Shown piece by piece: positions 21,971 to 33,505 of a DNA stretch of 64,000 bases. The notes under the pieces are model-generated. The model did not search any database, was not told the origin of the DNA, and was given only the letters and a program-made list of their open reading frames with translations. Source of the DNA: an uncultured bacterium (GTDB lineage Bacteria; Acidobacteriota; Thermoanaerobaculia; Multivoradales; JAHZIX01); assembly GCA_965368975.1 (NCBI GenBank), contig CBDUPA010000006.1:160001-224000 (forward strand), read 5' to 3'. Position numbers and translations under genes: made by a program. Position 1 is the first letter of the stretch; each line of letters starts with the position of its first letter.

Positions 21971-24938
21971 TGTCGGCGCCGCCGCACACGTTGCCCTGCT
22001 CGTTCTCGTAGGTCTTGGTGGTGCCAGTCACCGTGTCGGTGACGGTGATCTGGTACTCGACGTTGGTCAGGGCGCCCCAGAAGATCCACAGGTGCCCGTT
22101 GTTGTTGCTGCCGTCGAGCGCCTTGACCACCAGCTCCAGGTTGGACGCGCGGAAGAACCAGAACAGGCCGGTTCGATCCGTGGACGGTACCGGCGTCGCC
22201 GGGCCGGCCTGGCCGTTGGGTGCCGCGAAGGTGACGTCGACGCGCACGCGGTCGCCGAGCAGGCACAGGCTGTTGGCGTCGCCACCGCAGGCGGTGCCGT
22301 CTTTGTCCGTCGCCGTGGTTGGCAGTGCGGTACCGAAGTCGCCCAGCAGGTCCACGGGTACCTGCGTGCCGGTGAGCAGGCTGTTGCTGTCACTCGGTGC
22401 TTCCCCCGTGAGCGCGGTGGTGTCGGCCAGGCCGCAGATGTTGCCGAAGTCGTTGCGGTAGGTCTTGACCTCGCCGGTTTCCGTATCGGTGACCGTGACC
22501 CAGTACTCGACGTCCGACAGAGCGCCGTAGAAGACCCAGAAGTGCCCGTTGTTGCCACGGCCGTCGATCATCTTGACGATCAGCTCAGTGTTGTCGGAGC
22601 TGAAGAACCAGAAGGTCGACCCTTGGTCCGACACCGGGTCGGCGTTGCCGCGGCCGGTCTTACCGTTGCGCGGGTTGCGCCACTGCACCTCGACGCGGAA
22701 GCGGCCACTGAGCAGGCAGGTGACGTCGCCGCTCGCGACGCACGGGTCACCGGCCAGGGGCAGCGTGACTTCGCGCGAGTCGCTGAAGCTGGAGAGTGCC
22801 GCCGCGCTGCGGGCGCGGGCGCGGAAGATGTAGCGCACGCCGGGTTCCAGCCCATCGACATCCAGGTAGATGCGGTCGCGCAGGATCTCGCCGACTCGTT
22901 CGTAGGGTTCGCCGTCGCGCGACATGTCGACCTGGTGCTCGATCTCATTGCTGGCGTTGTCCTGCCAGGTGACCTGCACGCTGGAGGAGGAGGTCGGAAT
23001 CACCAGCAGCTCGCTCGGGCCCGCGGGTGCCGTGCCGTTGTTCGACCAGGTAGTGGTGGCGGCTTGGCCGGTGTATCCGGAGCCGCCGCCGGCACCGATG
23101 GCGCGCACGCGGAAGGTGTAGAGGGTGTAGGGATCGAGGCCGCTGAGCGTCGTCGAGGTCGAGTCGGCATCGGCGCTGCCGAGGAGGGAGAAGGCCTTGT
23201 CGGGCGTGTCGGTGCTCTCGACGTCGCCGTGCCAGGCCGCACTACCGAGCGGGTCGCCGATCTGGGCCTCGATCTCGTAGTGCAGCTCGTTGTCGGCGTT
23301 GTCGGTCCATTGCAAGCGCACGGAGTCGATACCGGTACCGGTGGCGATCAGGTCACTGGGGGCGACCGGAGGATCGACCTGCGGGAACAGCAGGGTGACC
23401 TGGTTGGACGCCGCGGTGCCGCCGGACCCGACCGCGCGCACACGGAAGGTGTACTCGACGCCTGGTGTCAGGCCGTCGCTGAGCACGTGGCTGGTGGTGT
23501 TGGCGGGCAGGCTGGCGAGGGTCGAGAAGGCGCCGCCGGCCGGCCGTGCCTCGACACGATAGGCGGACTCGTCGCTGGCGTTGTCTTCCCACGTGAGCTG
23601 GACTTCGCCGGTCTCGAGCAGCGTTACCTGCAAGTTCGTCGGCGGCGGAGGCCCGCCGCCGCACGAGCCGTTGCCGTAGATGGTGCAGACGGCCAGCTTG
23701 TCATCGTTGTCCAGCCTCGCGCCGCGGTTGTCATTGTGTGCGTTGGCACGCATCAGCGCCTGGTTCTTGTCATTGGTGTTGCAGGGGCCGGTACGCTCGT
23801 CACCGCAGGAGTGTCCGATACCCAAGCAGTGGCCGAGTTCGTGAGCGAAAACCTGCTCGCCTCGACGATTGATGCCGACGTAGCAGGACACGCCGATGTT
23901 CATCACGATGTCCGCGTTGGCGATTGTGTAGTAGCGCGTGCCGCGGTGTGTGTGTACCTGGCGCCGGTACCAGGGACCGCCGAGCGCCAAGGTGCCGCCA
24001 GCGGCGCAAGAGAAGGGGCTATCGAAGTCGGCGCCACCGTCTTTGTTGTCGAACAGGATGGCATTGATGCCGTCGTTGTTCTGCAGGCCACCCGTTGCTG
24101 CAGTGGTGCCGCCGTAGCGCAGCTGGACGAAGCTCGAGGGGTCGTTGGTCCAGGCGCGCAAGGCGGCGCGGAACTCGTTGAATCCCCCTCCCGAGATGCC
24201 GTTCTGGCCGTCCACGTGGGCGAAGAAGGTTACCTGGCCGCCGCTGTCGAAGTTCGTCCAACGCAGCGGTGTACCGTCGCCATCCTGCATGCTGTTGAAG
24301 CGTGGCAGTCGCGGAAGAACAGCTTCGTAGGGTACGTCCGTGAAGTAGTCCCCGGTATCGGCGGTCACCGTCCTTCCCGCAGCTCGTCCCGCCAGAAAAT
24401 TGGCAAAGCGCTCCAGGTTCCGTACTTGTGTCGGTGCCTCCAGCTTGCGGCCCTGCGGGTCGACTCGCTCGGCTTCGCTCAAGTCGCGCACCGCAAGTTC
24501 CTGCCCCTGGTACTCGACGATGCGGAAAGCGCCCTGGTTGAAGTGCAAGACGGCGTAGGTGCCGTCCTGCCGTGCCCTGAGCAGCAACAGCAGGCGCTCG
24601 CCTTCTCGGAAGCGCGGGGCACCGTAGATGTAGAGACCCTGTCCGTCCGCGGTGACACCACCCGGCGAGCGCACCACCAGCGAGCTGGCGGGGACGAAGC
24701 CGTGGATCACCTTGTCGACGTCGAGGATCGCGTCGGTAGCCGGTCGCGTGCCGGGCGCGGAGTCAACGCTGCTGACGCGGGCTTCGACGATCACGTCCGC
24801 CTGCATCGCCAGATCTTCATCGGCGACCAGCACGTAGAGTGTCGCGGTCGCGGGCGTCACCACGGCGAGGGCGAGCAGGAGCGTCAGGGTGAGCGGAAAG
24901 AAGGGAAAGGAAGAACGGATACGCGCGGCTGCGATCAT
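21948..24938 (-). CDS. Secreted matrixin-like zinc metalloprotease with 3 Fn3 domains and two C-terminal repeat domains
   Basis: Signal peptide; HELGHCLGIGH plus Met-turn ALM; three W.DNA..E..Y.FRVRA Fn3 units; duplicated FWFF..N.EL.VK..DG..NGH.W.F domain. Confidence 0.88.
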   Translation of the reverse strand: MIAAARIRSSFPFFPLTLTLLLALAVVTPATATLYVLVADEDLAMQADVIVEARVSSVDSAPGTRPATDAILDVDKVIHGFVPASSLVVRSPGGVTADGQGLYIYGAPRFREGERLLLLLRARQDGTYAVLHFNQGAFRIVEYQGQELAVRDLSEAERVDPQGRKLEAPTQVRNLERFANFLAGRAAGRTVTADTGDYFTDVPYEAVLPRLPRFNSMQDGDGTPLRWTNFDSGGQVTFFAHVDGQNGISGGGFNEFRAALRAWTNDPSSFVQLRYGGTTAATGGLQNNDGINAILFDNKDGGADFDSPFSCAAGGTLALGGPWYRRQVHTHRGTRYYTIANADIVMNIGVSCYVGINRRGEQVFAHELGHCLGIGHSCGDERTGPCNTNDKNQALMRANAHNDNRGARLDNDDKLAVCTIYGNGSCGGGPPPPTNLQVTLLETGEVQLTWEDNASDESAYRVEARPAGGAFSTLASLPANTTSHVLSDGLTPGVEYTFRVRAVGSGGTAASNQVTLLFPQVDPPVAPSDLIATGTGIDSVRLQWTDNADNELHYEIEAQIGDPLGSAAWHGDVESTDTPDKAFSLLGSADADSTSTTLSGLDPYTLYTFRVRAIGAGGGSGYTGQAATTTWSNNGTAPAGPSELLVIPTSSSSVQVTWQDNASNEIEHQVDMSRDGEPYERVGEILRDRIYLDVDGLEPGVRYIFRARARSAAALSSFSDSREVTLPLAGDPCVASGDVTCLLSGRFRVEVQWRNPRNGKTGRGNADPVSDQGSTFWFFSSDNTELIVKMIDGRGNNGHFWVFYGALSDVEYWVTVTDTETGEVKTYRNDFGNICGLADTTALTGEAPSDSNSLLTGTQVPVDLLGDFGTALPTTATDKDGTACGGDANSLCLLGDRVRVDVTFAAPNGQAGPATPVPSTDRTGLFWFFRASNLELVVKALDGSNNNGHLWIFWGALTNVEYQITVTDTVTGTTKTYENEQGNVCGGADIKALPVS

Positions 24939-25136
24939 CGAGGGTACCTCCGGATCGGGGGAGAGCCTCCGGTCTGTAGGAAGCTTTTCAGGGCTGCTCT
25001 GGCATCGAGTGCTCGTGCATCGACGGGTCGGAAACCGACTGCTGTAGCCAAGAGACGGGCAATTGAAACGCTATCTGGAGAGATAGCTGAAGATTGTCAT
25101 CGTAGCATACGAATCGAAACCTGAAGATAGACGTTG

Positions 25137-25176
25137 GCCACTGTGCGGGCCTTCGCTCCAAGGCCCGCACAGTGGC
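25137..25176. terminator. Perfect 17-bp inverted repeat downstream of the tricorn protease gene
   Basis: GCCACTGTGCGGGCCTT-CGCTCC-AAGGCCCGCACAGTGGC. Confidence 0.65.
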
Positions 25177-25187
25177 ATCAGCCGGGC

Positions 25188-28100
25188 TCAGGGGAAGCGT
25201 TCAGGCGCTGGCGGCACGTTGACCGGCTGGCGTGGGTTCGTCTCGAGCTGCTGCAGCAACTCCTGGATCGCCCGCTCCAGTGACGGATCTTCGCCGCGCG
25301 CCGTGGCGTCCGGGCGGTCGACGACTTCGATGTCCGGTGATACGCCCTCGTTCTCCACCGCCCACGAGCCATCGCTGTCCATGAAGCGGAAGGCGGCGAT
25401 CGAGATGCTGCCGCCGTCGACCAGGCCCGGGTTGGCGGAGGTGCCGATCAGGCCGCCCCAGGTGCGGGTACCGATCAGCGGTCCCAGGTCGAGCTTGCGG
25501 AAGTAGAACGGGAAGGCGTCGCCGCCGGAGGACGAGTAGCCGTTGATCAGGCACGCCTTGGGACCGTCGTGGCTGACGCCCGGCCAGGGTTCGATCTCCA
25601 GACCGCGACGTTTCCAGTAGTTGAGCCGCGGGCGGCTGATCAGCTCGACCATGCGGTCTGGGATGAAGCCACCGCCGTTGTAGCGCAGGTCGAAGATCAG
25701 GGCGTCCTTCTGCACCTGCGGGTAGAAGTACTTGAACAGCATGTGGTTGCCGCGCTGCGAGGTGTTGGGCACGTGGACGTAGCCGATGCGCCCATCGGAA
25801 GCCTCGCTGACGCGGCGGCGGCGTTCTTCGATCCAGTCCAGGTAGCGCAGGTTGCCCTCGCTGCTGAGCGTGTGTACCCGTGCCTCACGCGCCGTGGCGT
25901 CCGGGCTGGCGGCGATGCGCAGGGTGACCACGCGCTCGGCCTTGTTCTCGAGCAACTGGTACGGATTGGCGACGCCGCGCGTGTCGACGCCGTCAATGGC
26001 CAGGATCAAATCCCCCTCGCGCACATCGACGCCAGGTTGGGTCAGGGGCGAGCGCCAGTCGTCGTGCCAGTTCTCGCCCGAGAAGATCTTGCCGATGCGG
26101 AAGTAGCCGGACGGATCAGTCACCAGCTCGGCACCCAGCAGTCCGGTGTCCCGGCGCTCCACTTCCGGCTGGTCCCCCGGGTTGACGTAGACGTGACCTG
26201 AGTTCAGCTCACCCGCGACCTCGCCGAGGATGAAGTCGAGGTCGGCGCGGTGCGCGACGTGATCGACCAGCGGCTCGTAGCGGGCGCGCACTTGCTGCCA
26301 ATCCATGCCGTGCATGTCCGGATGCCAGAACCAGTCGCGCAGCAGGCGCCAGCCGTCAACGAAGATCTGGTGCCATTCAGCGGCCGGGTCGATCCGCATT
26401 TCGAGGTGACTGAGGTCGAGGCGGCCATCGCCGACGTTGAGGTTCTTGGCCACGTCGACGATGCCGACCGTGCCGCCCTGCCGGTAGATCAGCTTGTCAC
26501 CGCTGGCGGAGAGCCGGTAGGTGACGAGGCTGCTGAACAGGGTCTGCTCTTCTTCGGCCTGCAAATCGTAGCGCCGCAGCTGGAAGCCGTCGCCGGTGTT
26601 GGCCAGGTAGATCGGTCCGTCGGCGTTGGCGGACAGTGCTCCGTAGTCGCCTGGTGCACCTGGCAGCGCAAGGACGCGTGTCTCGAAGCCTTCGGCGTCG
26701 AGGGTGATCTTGGGCGCCGCGTTTTCGTTCGCTGCTGTATCGGCGCTCGCTGACTTGTCAGCTTCGGGCTCGGCCTGACTCGCGTCCGCGACCGGCTCTT
26801 CGTCGCTCTTGGGATAGAACAGCGGTGGGGCGTCGGTGTTCAGTTGGGCGGCGTAGACGCGGGTCGCATCGGTGTAGAGGTAGTTGAACTCGTGGTCGCT
26901 GAACGTGAGGTTGAAGTCACGGTTGGAGAGGAAGTACAGGTAGCGCCCCTCGGGGTCGAACACCGGTTCGGAGTCGTCGGTCATGTCGCCGGTCAGGCGC
27001 AGCACTTCGGCGCGCTCGAGCGAATAGGCGTAGATCGACCTGTGGTCGGCATCGTTCTCCTTGTCGTAGGCCAGCCACAGGCTGTCCGGCGACCAGGCGA
27101 CGTTGTCGAAGTCGTCGTAGCGCGTGGTGTCGATCTCGACCACCGTGCCGCTCTCGACGTCGACATAGCGCAAGCGCTGCTTCTTGTCGGCGAAGGCGAG
27201 CTTCTTGCTGTCCGGGGACCACACGGGCGCGAAGCGCCAGGTATCACCGTCCGAGGTGACCGCGCGTTCCGCTTCGGGGCCCGGAGCGCTGTCATGCGCT
27301 CGCAAGTAGATCTCGTACTCACCACTCTTGTCGCTCAGGTAGGCGACCCAGCGGCCGTCGGGGGACCAGCTGGCGTCCATCTCGCGGATGCCCGGGGTGG
27401 CGGTCAGGTTGCGGATCTCGCCGTGCTCGGCTGGTACCGTGAAGACGTCGCCGCGCGCGGTGAGCAGTGCGCGTGCGCCGCTGGGAGAGAGTTCAGCGTC
27501 CGTGATCGCGTCGCCGACGTTGGCGATGTAGGGCAGACGGCTGTGGAAGTCGTCGACGATGCGGATCAGCAGATGGGAGGGTTCCGAACCCTGCGGGCGG
27601 ACGATGACGGGCTTTCGGGGCTCATTCTGCAACTGCGTCGTCAGCTCCTCGACGACGTTCTGGATGCGGTAGATGCGGCCGCCCGCCTCGTAGACGATCG
27701 AGTCCGGGCCGGCGCTCGGCCACAGCACGTCGAAGTCCTGGTGATCGGTGATCTGGTGCGTCGCGCCGCTGGCGGGGTCGAGGGCGTAGAGGTTGAGACG
27801 GGTGTCGTTGGCGGTGTCGCCGTCGACCGGATCATCCGGCGTGCGGCGGTCGGAAGTGAAGAAAATCCAGTCGCCGACCCACAGCGGCTGGTTGTCGTTC
27901 GCCAGGTCGTCGGTGAGCTGGCGGGCGTCGCCACTCTCCAGGTCGAAGGTCCAGACGTCCTGCTGACGGCCACCGCGGTAGCGCTTCCAGGTGCGGAACT
28001 CGCGCTCGATGGGGGTGAAGACGAGCTGCTTGCCGTCCGGGGAGAACATGGCGGCGCCGCTCTCCGTGATGGGTAGCGGCCGTTCCAAGCCTCCCTTGGC

Positions 28101-28670
28101 CGGTACCAGGTAGGGCCGGCCCATGCGCTCGCCCCAGGGAACGCGATTGGCGCGGAAGAGGATGGACTCGCCGTCTGGCGTCCAGTCCAGGATGCGGTTG
28201 TCCCAGCCGCCGCGCGGCGGCAGCGGCCCGACGTCGTTGTACCAGGTGAGCTGGGTCGGCATGCCACCGGTCACCGGCAGGACATAGACCTGGCGGTTGC
28301 CGGCATACTCACCGGAGAACGCGATCTGCGTGCCGTCGGGAGAGAACTTGGGGAACAGCTCCATGCCGTCGTCGGAGGTCAACCGGCGGGCGACGTAGCC
28401 GTCCGTGCCCTCTGGCGAATCGACGCTCGTGTCGACGAGCCAGATGTCGCCAGCATAGACGAAGGTGACCAGGTTACCGTGGACGTCCGGTTGCCGCAGC
28501 AGTCGCGTCTCGGGTGCCATGGCGGTGCCGTCTTGTGCCAGCACGGGTTGTGCCAACGGCAAGGCGAGAGGGAGCGTGAGCAGAAGCAGCAACAGGTTCG
28601 ACGGCGTCAACTTCGACAACGGCAGTTTCGGCAACGGCAGTCTCGACAGCGGGGTCGATTTCGCTCTCAT
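25188..28670 (-). CDS. Tricorn-like protease (S41 family, PD40 propellers, PDZ)
   Basis: Signal peptide, FSPDG repeats, [28 protein letters not shown]. Start set at MRAKST. Confidence 0.93.
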   Translation of the reverse strand: MRAKSTPLSRLPLPKLPLSKLTPSNLLLLLLTLPLALPLAQPVLAQDGTAMAPETRLLRQPDVHGNLVTFVYAGDIWLVDTSVDSPEGTDGYVARRLTSDDGMELFPKFSPDGTQIAFSGEYAGNRQVYVLPVTGGMPTQLTWYNDVGPLPPRGGWDNRILDWTPDGESILFRANRVPWGERMGRPYLVPAKGGLERPLPITESGAAMFSPDGKQLVFTPIEREFRTWKRYRGGRQQDVWTFDLESGDARQLTDDLANDNQPLWVGDWIFFTSDRRTPDDPVDGDTANDTRLNLYALDPASGATHQITDHQDFDVLWPSAGPDSIVYEAGGRIYRIQNVVEELTTQLQNEPRKPVIVRPQGSEPSHLLIRIVDDFHSRLPYIANVGDAITDAELSPSGARALLTARGDVFTVPAEHGEIRNLTATPGIREMDASWSPDGRWVAYLSDKSGEYEIYLRAHDSAPGPEAERAVTSDGDTWRFAPVWSPDSKKLAFADKKQRLRYVDVESGTVVEIDTTRYDDFDNVAWSPDSLWLAYDKENDADHRSIYAYSLERAEVLRLTGDMTDDSEPVFDPEGRYLYFLSNRDFNLTFSDHEFNYLYTDATRVYAAQLNTDAPPLFYPKSDEEPVADASQAEPEADKSASADTAANENAAPKITLDAEGFETRVLALPGAPGDYGALSANADGPIYLANTGDGFQLRRYDLQAEEEQTLFSSLVTYRLSASGDKLIYRQGGTVGIVDVAKNLNVGDGRLDLSHLEMRIDPAAEWHQIFVDGWRLLRDWFWHPDMHGMDWQQVRARYEPLVDHVAHRADLDFILGEVAGELNSGHVYVNPGDQPEVERRDTGLLGAELVTDPSGYFRIGKIFSGENWHDDWRSPLTQPGVDVREGDLILAIDGVDTRGVANPYQLLENKAERVVTLRIAASPDATAREARVHTLSSEGNLRYLDWIEERRRRVSEASDGRIGYVHVPNTSQRGNHMLFKYFYPQVQKDALIFDLRYNGGGFIPDRMVELISRPRLNYWKRRGLEIEPWPGVSHDGPKACLINGYSSSGGDAFPFYFRKLDLGPLIGTRTWGGLIGTSANPGLVDGGSISIAAFRFMDSDGSWAVENEGVSPDIEVVDRPDATARGEDPSLERAIQELLQQLETNPRQPVNVPPAPERFP

Positions 28671-28800
28671 GTGGGATCTCCTGGTAGGGGTCATAGGACA
28701 GGCGGGCCGGAGGGCGTTACGATACCAGGTTGGTAGAGTTCCAAGTGCTCGAGACCGGAACTCGACCCAGAACTTCCACCCAACGAGGAGACGACAAGCG

Positions 28801-29571
28801 ATGCAAATCAAGGACAAGACTTTTGTGATCTCCGGCGGTGCTTCCGGCCTCGGTGAGGCCACCGCCCGCCGCCTGGTGGCCGGCGGTGCCCACGTGGTGC
28901 TGGCCGACCTGAATGAGGAGCGCGGCGGGCAGGTGGCCAGCGAGCTTGGCGATGCCGCTCGCTTCGCGCGCACCAACGTGGTCGACGAGGCCGACGTCAA
29001 GGCCGCGCTGGCCACCGCCGTCGATACCTTTGGCCGTCTCGACGGTGCTATCAGCTGCGCCGGTGTCGGCGATCCGGCCAAGGTGCTGGGCAAGCACGGA
29101 CCGCACGACCTGGGCCTGTTCCAGAAAGTCATCACGGTCAACCTGATCGGTACCTTCAACGTCCTGCGCCTGGCGGCGGAAGTGCTGGCCGGTAACGAGC
29201 CGGAGCCGGAGAACGGCGAACGCGGCGTGATCATCAACACCGCTTCCGTGGCGGCTTACGAGGGCCAGATCGGCCAGGTCGCCTACGCTTCGTCCAAGGG
29301 CGGCGTGGTTGGCATGACGTTGCCGGCAGCGCGCGAGCTGGCGCGTCACGGTATCCGCGTGATGACCATCGCCCCGGGTCTTTTCGACACGCCCCTGATG
29401 GCGGGTCTGCCGGAGAAGGCGCGCGAGTCGCTGGGGCAGCAGGTGCCGTTCCCGTCGCGCCTCGGGCACTCGGCCGAGTACGCGCAGCTGGCGCAGAGCG
29501 TGATCGAGAACCCGATGCTCAACGGTTGCGTGATCCGTCTGGATGGTGCCTTGCGCATGGCACCGAAGTGA
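28801..29571 (+). CDS. SDR, 3-hydroxyacyl-CoA dehydrogenase type II-like
   Basis: [31 protein letters not shown]. Confidence 0.92.
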   Translation: MQIKDKTFVISGGASGLGEATARRLVAGGAHVVLADLNEERGGQVASELGDAARFARTNVVDEADVKAALATAVDTFGRLDGAISCAGVGDPAKVLGKHGPHDLGLFQKVITVNLIGTFNVLRLAAEVLAGNEPEPENGERGVIINTASVAAYEGQIGQVAYASSKGGVVGMTLPAARELARHGIRVMTIAPGLFDTPLMAGLPEKARESLGQQVPFPSRLGHSAEYAQLAQSVIENPMLNGCVIRLDGALRMAPK

Positions 29572-29581
29572 GCGCAGGATC

Positions 29582-30700
29582 GTGAGTTCCGTGTCGGGGC
29601 GGCGTGTCGTCATTGTTGGCGGTGGTGTCATCGGTCTGTCGCTGGCCTACGAGCTGACCGGTCCGCGAGCGCGGCGCGGTGATCGGGTGGTCGTGCTGGA
29701 GCGAGGCGAGCCCGGTCGCGAGGCGTCGTGGGCCGGCGCCGGCATGCTCGCCGCCTTCGACCCGGACCGCGCCGTCGATCCGCTGGACCGGCTGCGCGGT
29801 CTGAGCAGTCGCCTGCTCGCCGAGTGGTCCGAGCGCCTGCGCCGGGACACCGGGGTGGACAACGGTTACCGCGTCTGCCACAGCCTGGAAATCGCGCGCG
29901 ACGCTGCTGCTGCGGAGGACCTGCGTCGACACGCGGTGGATTGGCGCCGCCGTGGTCGTACGGTCGAGGAGGTCGAAGACCTGGCGGCGCTGGAGCCCGA
30001 ACTTTCGCCGGTGGCGCTGGCCTACCGACGTCCCGGCGAGGCGCAGCTGCGCAACCCACGACATTTGCAAGCCTTGGTGGCGGCGTGTGCGCTGCAAGGG
30101 GTCGAGATGCGTTGTCGGCAAGCCGTCTCGGGCTTCGAACTGCAGGGTAGCCGCATTCGCGCCGCCGTGACGCCGGCCGGCAAGGTCGAGGGCGACGTCT
30201 TCGTGCTGGCCAGCGGTGCCTGGTCGTCGATCCTGACCGAGCCGCTGGGCCTGCACCTGCGCGTGATGCCGGTGCGCGGCCAGATCGTCCTGCTACGATC
30301 GGCGAAGCCACTCTTGCGCCACGTGGTGTGGATGGGCGAGCGCTACCTGGTGCCGCGGCCCGAAGGCCGCGTGCTGGTGGGTTCGACCATGGAGCATGTC
30401 GGGTTCGCGGCCTACCCGACCGCCGAGGGCGTGCGCGGCTTGCTCGACTTCGCCGTCACCACGGTGCCGCATCTGGCTGAGGCTCCGCTGGAGCGTGCTT
30501 GGGCTGGGCTGCGTCCGGGTAGTGGTCGTGGTCGCCCGTATCTCGGAGCCGCGCCGGGAATCGAGAACCTGGTGCTAGCCACCGGACACGGCCGGCACGG
30601 CCTGGAACTCTCCGCCGGCACGGCACTTGTGCTGACGCAGTGCCTGTATGAAGAGGTGCCAGAAGTTGGACTGGAGGCCTTTGCTCTCGACCTTCCGTGA
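29582..30700 (+). CDS. thiO: Glycine oxidase ThiO-like FAD oxidoreductase
   Basis: GGGVIG, ASWAGAGML, PVRGQ, YLVPR, WAGLRP, GHGRHG. Confidence 0.8.
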   Translation: MSSVSGRRVVIVGGGVIGLSLAYELTGPRARRGDRVVVLERGEPGREASWAGAGMLAAFDPDRAVDPLDRLRGLSSRLLAEWSERLRRDTGVDNGYRVCHSLEIARDAAAAEDLRRHAVDWRRRGRTVEEVEDLAALEPELSPVALAYRRPGEAQLRNPRHLQALVAACALQGVEMRCRQAVSGFELQGSRIRAAVTPAGKVEGDVFVLASGAWSSILTEPLGLHLRVMPVRGQIVLLRSAKPLLRHVVWMGERYLVPRPEGRVLVGSTMEHVGFAAYPTAEGVRGLLDFAVTTVPHLAEAPLERAWAGLRPGSGRGRPYLGAAPGIENLVLATGHGRHGLELSAGTALVLTQCLYEEVPEVGLEAFALDLP

Positions 30701-30869
30701 TTGCAGTCGAAGAGTTTTTTCGCTACGTCCGTCCCGGATACCGTGGCCACCTGCACGTTCTTGATAGGCCAGTTTCACCTGGCTTTTCAACAAGAGGTAC
30801 CGGGATTCGTGAACGTGAACGCTTCTGGTGCCTCTCCATCTTCACTGTCGTTCTTGAGAGGTATCATCT

Positions 30870-31358
30870 ATGATGCAGCGGTTCTTACAAAGCAGGTTTG
30901 CACTTTGTGCCTTGAGCGCATGTGCACTAGCGGTGATGGGCTTGGCGCTCGTCCCCGCGGCTTCGGCAGCGGAAGCCTTGGCCGAAGAGGAGACTCCGGC
31001 TATGGACGCCGTGGCTCCGGTACAGCACAGTCAAGCGATGCGGGTCTACAAGGATCCTGAGACGGGCCGCCTGGTTGCTCCTCCCCGGGAGGTCCGTGAG
31101 GCGCTGGCAGCTGCCGACAAGCAGCGGACGGATCTCAACCAAAGTGCTGAGGGTCTACAGGCGCGCGTCCATCGCAATGGAATGGTGACCATGGATCTCC
31201 AGGGGCGCTTCCAGAGTCACTATGTGGTCACTCGCGGTGAGCATGGCGAACTCGAGCACATCTGCACCGAGGGCGAGTTGGCTCTCATCGAGAAGCTGAT
31301 CTCGGACTATCAGGCTCGCAAGGCTGCCGCGACGCAGGAGGTGCCCAATGACCGCTAA
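30870..31358 (+). CDS. Small exported protein (copy 1), partner of the PA-domain peptidase
   Basis: Signal peptide; MRVYKDPETGRL...SAEGL...DLQGRF...C; overlaps the next gene. Confidence 0.8.
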   Translation: MMQRFLQSRFALCALSACALAVMGLALVPAASAAEALAEEETPAMDAVAPVQHSQAMRVYKDPETGRLVAPPREVREALAAADKQRTDLNQSAEGLQARVHRNGMVTMDLQGRFQSHYVVTRGEHGELEHICTEGELALIEKLISDYQARKAAATQEVPNDR

Positions 31359-33273
31359 GCGCAACATTTCCGTTCTGGCGCTGGTTCTCTTGCTGGCTGC
31401 CCCGTTCGCGGCGCAGGCCGCTACCTTCACGGTTGTCAACATGGACGGCCCGGGTGAAGGCTTCAACGATCCGACTCCGGTGGCGCCGGTGGGCGGCAAC
31501 ACGGGTACCACCTTGGGTGAGCAGCGCGAGATCGTCTTCCAGGCGGCTGCCGACATCTGGGGCGGCATCCTCGACAGCAACGTCGAGATCGTGATTCGCG
31601 CCAACTTCAACGCTCTGAGCTGCGACGCCAATTCGGCCGTGCTCGGTTCGGCCGGTGCTGTGCAGGTGAGTTCCAACTTTGCCAACGCGCCGTTCTCGAA
31701 CACCTGGTACCACATCGCCCTGGCCAACTCGATCGCCGGCACCGACCTGATCACCGGCGCACCCGGTACCAGCGGTGACGATATCTCGGCGAACTTCAAC
31801 AGCTCGATCGACAACAACGAGAACTGCCTGGCGGGCAGCAACTGGTACCTGGGTTTGGACAACAACGAGCCTGGCACCGACATCGACCTGCTGACCGTCG
31901 TGCTGCACGAGTTCGGTCACGGCCTCGGTTTCTCGAACTTCATCGACGAGAGCAACGGCCGTTTCCTCGGCCCACCGAACCAGCCGGACATCTACAGTCA
32001 GTTCACCTATGACAACACCGTTGGCCTGACCTGGGCCGACATGAGCACGAACCAACGCAAGACCTCTGCCAAGAACACTGGCAACGTGGTGTGGAACGGT
32101 GCAGCCGTGACCGCCGAAGCCGGCAATGTGCTGAGCAACGATGCGTCGCTGTTCATCAACTCACCAGGTGGTATCGCCGGTACCTATGACGCGCAGGCGG
32201 CCTTCTTTGGACCGGCCCTGGACTTCACGGGTGTGACCGGTGATGTGGTTCTGGCTGCCGATGGTGCTGGCGCGGATGTCAACGATGGCTGCGAAGCGCT
32301 GACCAACGGTGGCGCGATCAGTGGCAACGTTGCTCTGATCAACCGCGGCAACTGCACCTTCGCCCTGAAGGTGCTCAACGCCCAGGCCGTCGGTGCCACG
32401 GCGGTGATCATCGCCAACAACGTGGCAGGCCTACCCCCAATGGGTGGCGACGACCCGACGGTGACGATCTCGTCGGTCGGAATCTCGCAGGCGGATGGCG
32501 ACACGATCAAGAACAACCTGCCCGGCGTCAATGTGACGCTGGCGCTGGACTCGAACAAGGTGGCCGGTGCTGACAGTCAGGGCCGCGTGCGCATCTACGC
32601 ACCGGACCCGATCGAGGGTGGCTCTTCCTTGTCCCACTTCGACACCGTGGCGTCCCCGAACTTGCTGATGGAGCCGTTCATCGGAGCCGATCTGACGACC
32701 GACGTCGACCTGACCGACGAGCTGTTCACCGACATCGGCTGGACGCTGCTCAACCCGTCAGTGTGTGGCAACGGCGTGCGTGAGGGCTCCGAGGAGTGCG
32801 ACGGCTCCGATCTCGGTGGTGCTTCGTGCAGCGACATCAGCTGCTCGGGCGGTTCCGTCAGCTGCACCGTGAGCTGCACCGTCGACTACAGCGCTTGCAG
32901 TAGCTGCCCGGTGTGCAACTTCAACGGCGTCTGTGAGGCCGGCGAAGATTGCAACAACTGCGCCAGCGACTGTGTTTCCGGCACCACCGGCGGAGCGTCC
33001 TGCGGCAACGGCATCTGCGAAGCCGGCGACGGTGAAGACTGCGTCAGCTGCCCGAGCGACTGCAACGGCACGCAGGGTGGTAGGCCGTCCAACCGCTTCT
33101 GCTGCGGCGACGGTGACGGCACCAACCCGGTCAGCTGCGGTGATGCCCGCTGCACCCAGGGGAGCTTCCAGTGCACCGATACGCCGGTTGGCAGTGGCAC
33201 GTCCTACTGCTGCGGTGACGCCATCTGCAACGGTGCCGAGAACAGCACCAACTGTGCTCTGGATTGTCCCTGA
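31348..33273 (+). CDS. Secreted zinc metallopeptidase with PA domain and Cys-rich C-terminus (copy 1)
   Basis: HEFGHGLGF; PA motif ALINRGNCTFALKVLNAQ; SH.D...LMEP; CGNG..E..EECDG repeats. Confidence 0.88.
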   Translation: MTAKRNISVLALVLLLAAPFAAQAATFTVVNMDGPGEGFNDPTPVAPVGGNTGTTLGEQREIVFQAAADIWGGILDSNVEIVIRANFNALSCDANSAVLGSAGAVQVSSNFANAPFSNTWYHIALANSIAGTDLITGAPGTSGDDISANFNSSIDNNENCLAGSNWYLGLDNNEPGTDIDLLTVVLHEFGHGLGFSNFIDESNGRFLGPPNQPDIYSQFTYDNTVGLTWADMSTNQRKTSAKNTGNVVWNGAAVTAEAGNVLSNDASLFINSPGGIAGTYDAQAAFFGPALDFTGVTGDVVLAADGAGADVNDGCEALTNGGAISGNVALINRGNCTFALKVLNAQAVGATAVIIANNVAGLPPMGGDDPTVTISSVGISQADGDTIKNNLPGVNVTLALDSNKVAGADSQGRVRIYAPDPIEGGSSLSHFDTVASPNLLMEPFIGADLTTDVDLTDELFTDIGWTLLNPSVCGNGVREGSEECDGSDLGGASCSDISCSGGSVSCTVSCTVDYSACSSCPVCNFNGVCEAGEDCNNCASDCVSGTTGGASCGNGICEAGDGEDCVSCPSDCNGTQGGRPSNRFCCGDGDGTNPVSCGDARCTQGSFQCTDTPVGSGTSYCCGDAICNGAENSTNCALDCP

Positions 33274-33337
33274 GCAGCAGGTGTCCAGTTCACCGATGAA
33301 CGCAAGGCCCTGATTCAGGGCGGAAGCGTTGCCAGCG

Positions 33338-33370
33338 AAGGCCGGGATCCACAAGGATTCCGGCCTTTTC
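33338..33370 (+). terminator. Rho-independent terminator
   Basis: AAGGCCGGGATCC-ACAA-GGATTCCGGCCTTTTC. Confidence 0.75.
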
Positions 33371-33505
33371 TACTGCCATCTCGGGTGGATCTCGGGGTGG
33401 TCATCCACAATGTTGGACTTTTTTTCCAAACCGTGTCACGCCTAAGGTAGGCAAACGCACTTTAGCGTGTGAGGTGCGGTCCCTCCAACCTCGCCAAGTA
33501 TTAGT

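Noticed and set aside
22092-25124. 1010-aa plus-strand ORF
   Set aside because: Antisense shadow of the metalloprotease gene; no motifs; expected from high-GC codon bias.
28671-29240. Extensions of the tricorn and SDR ORFs that overlap each other
   Set aside because: Real starts at 28670 (-) and 28801 (+) give a normal divergent arrangement.
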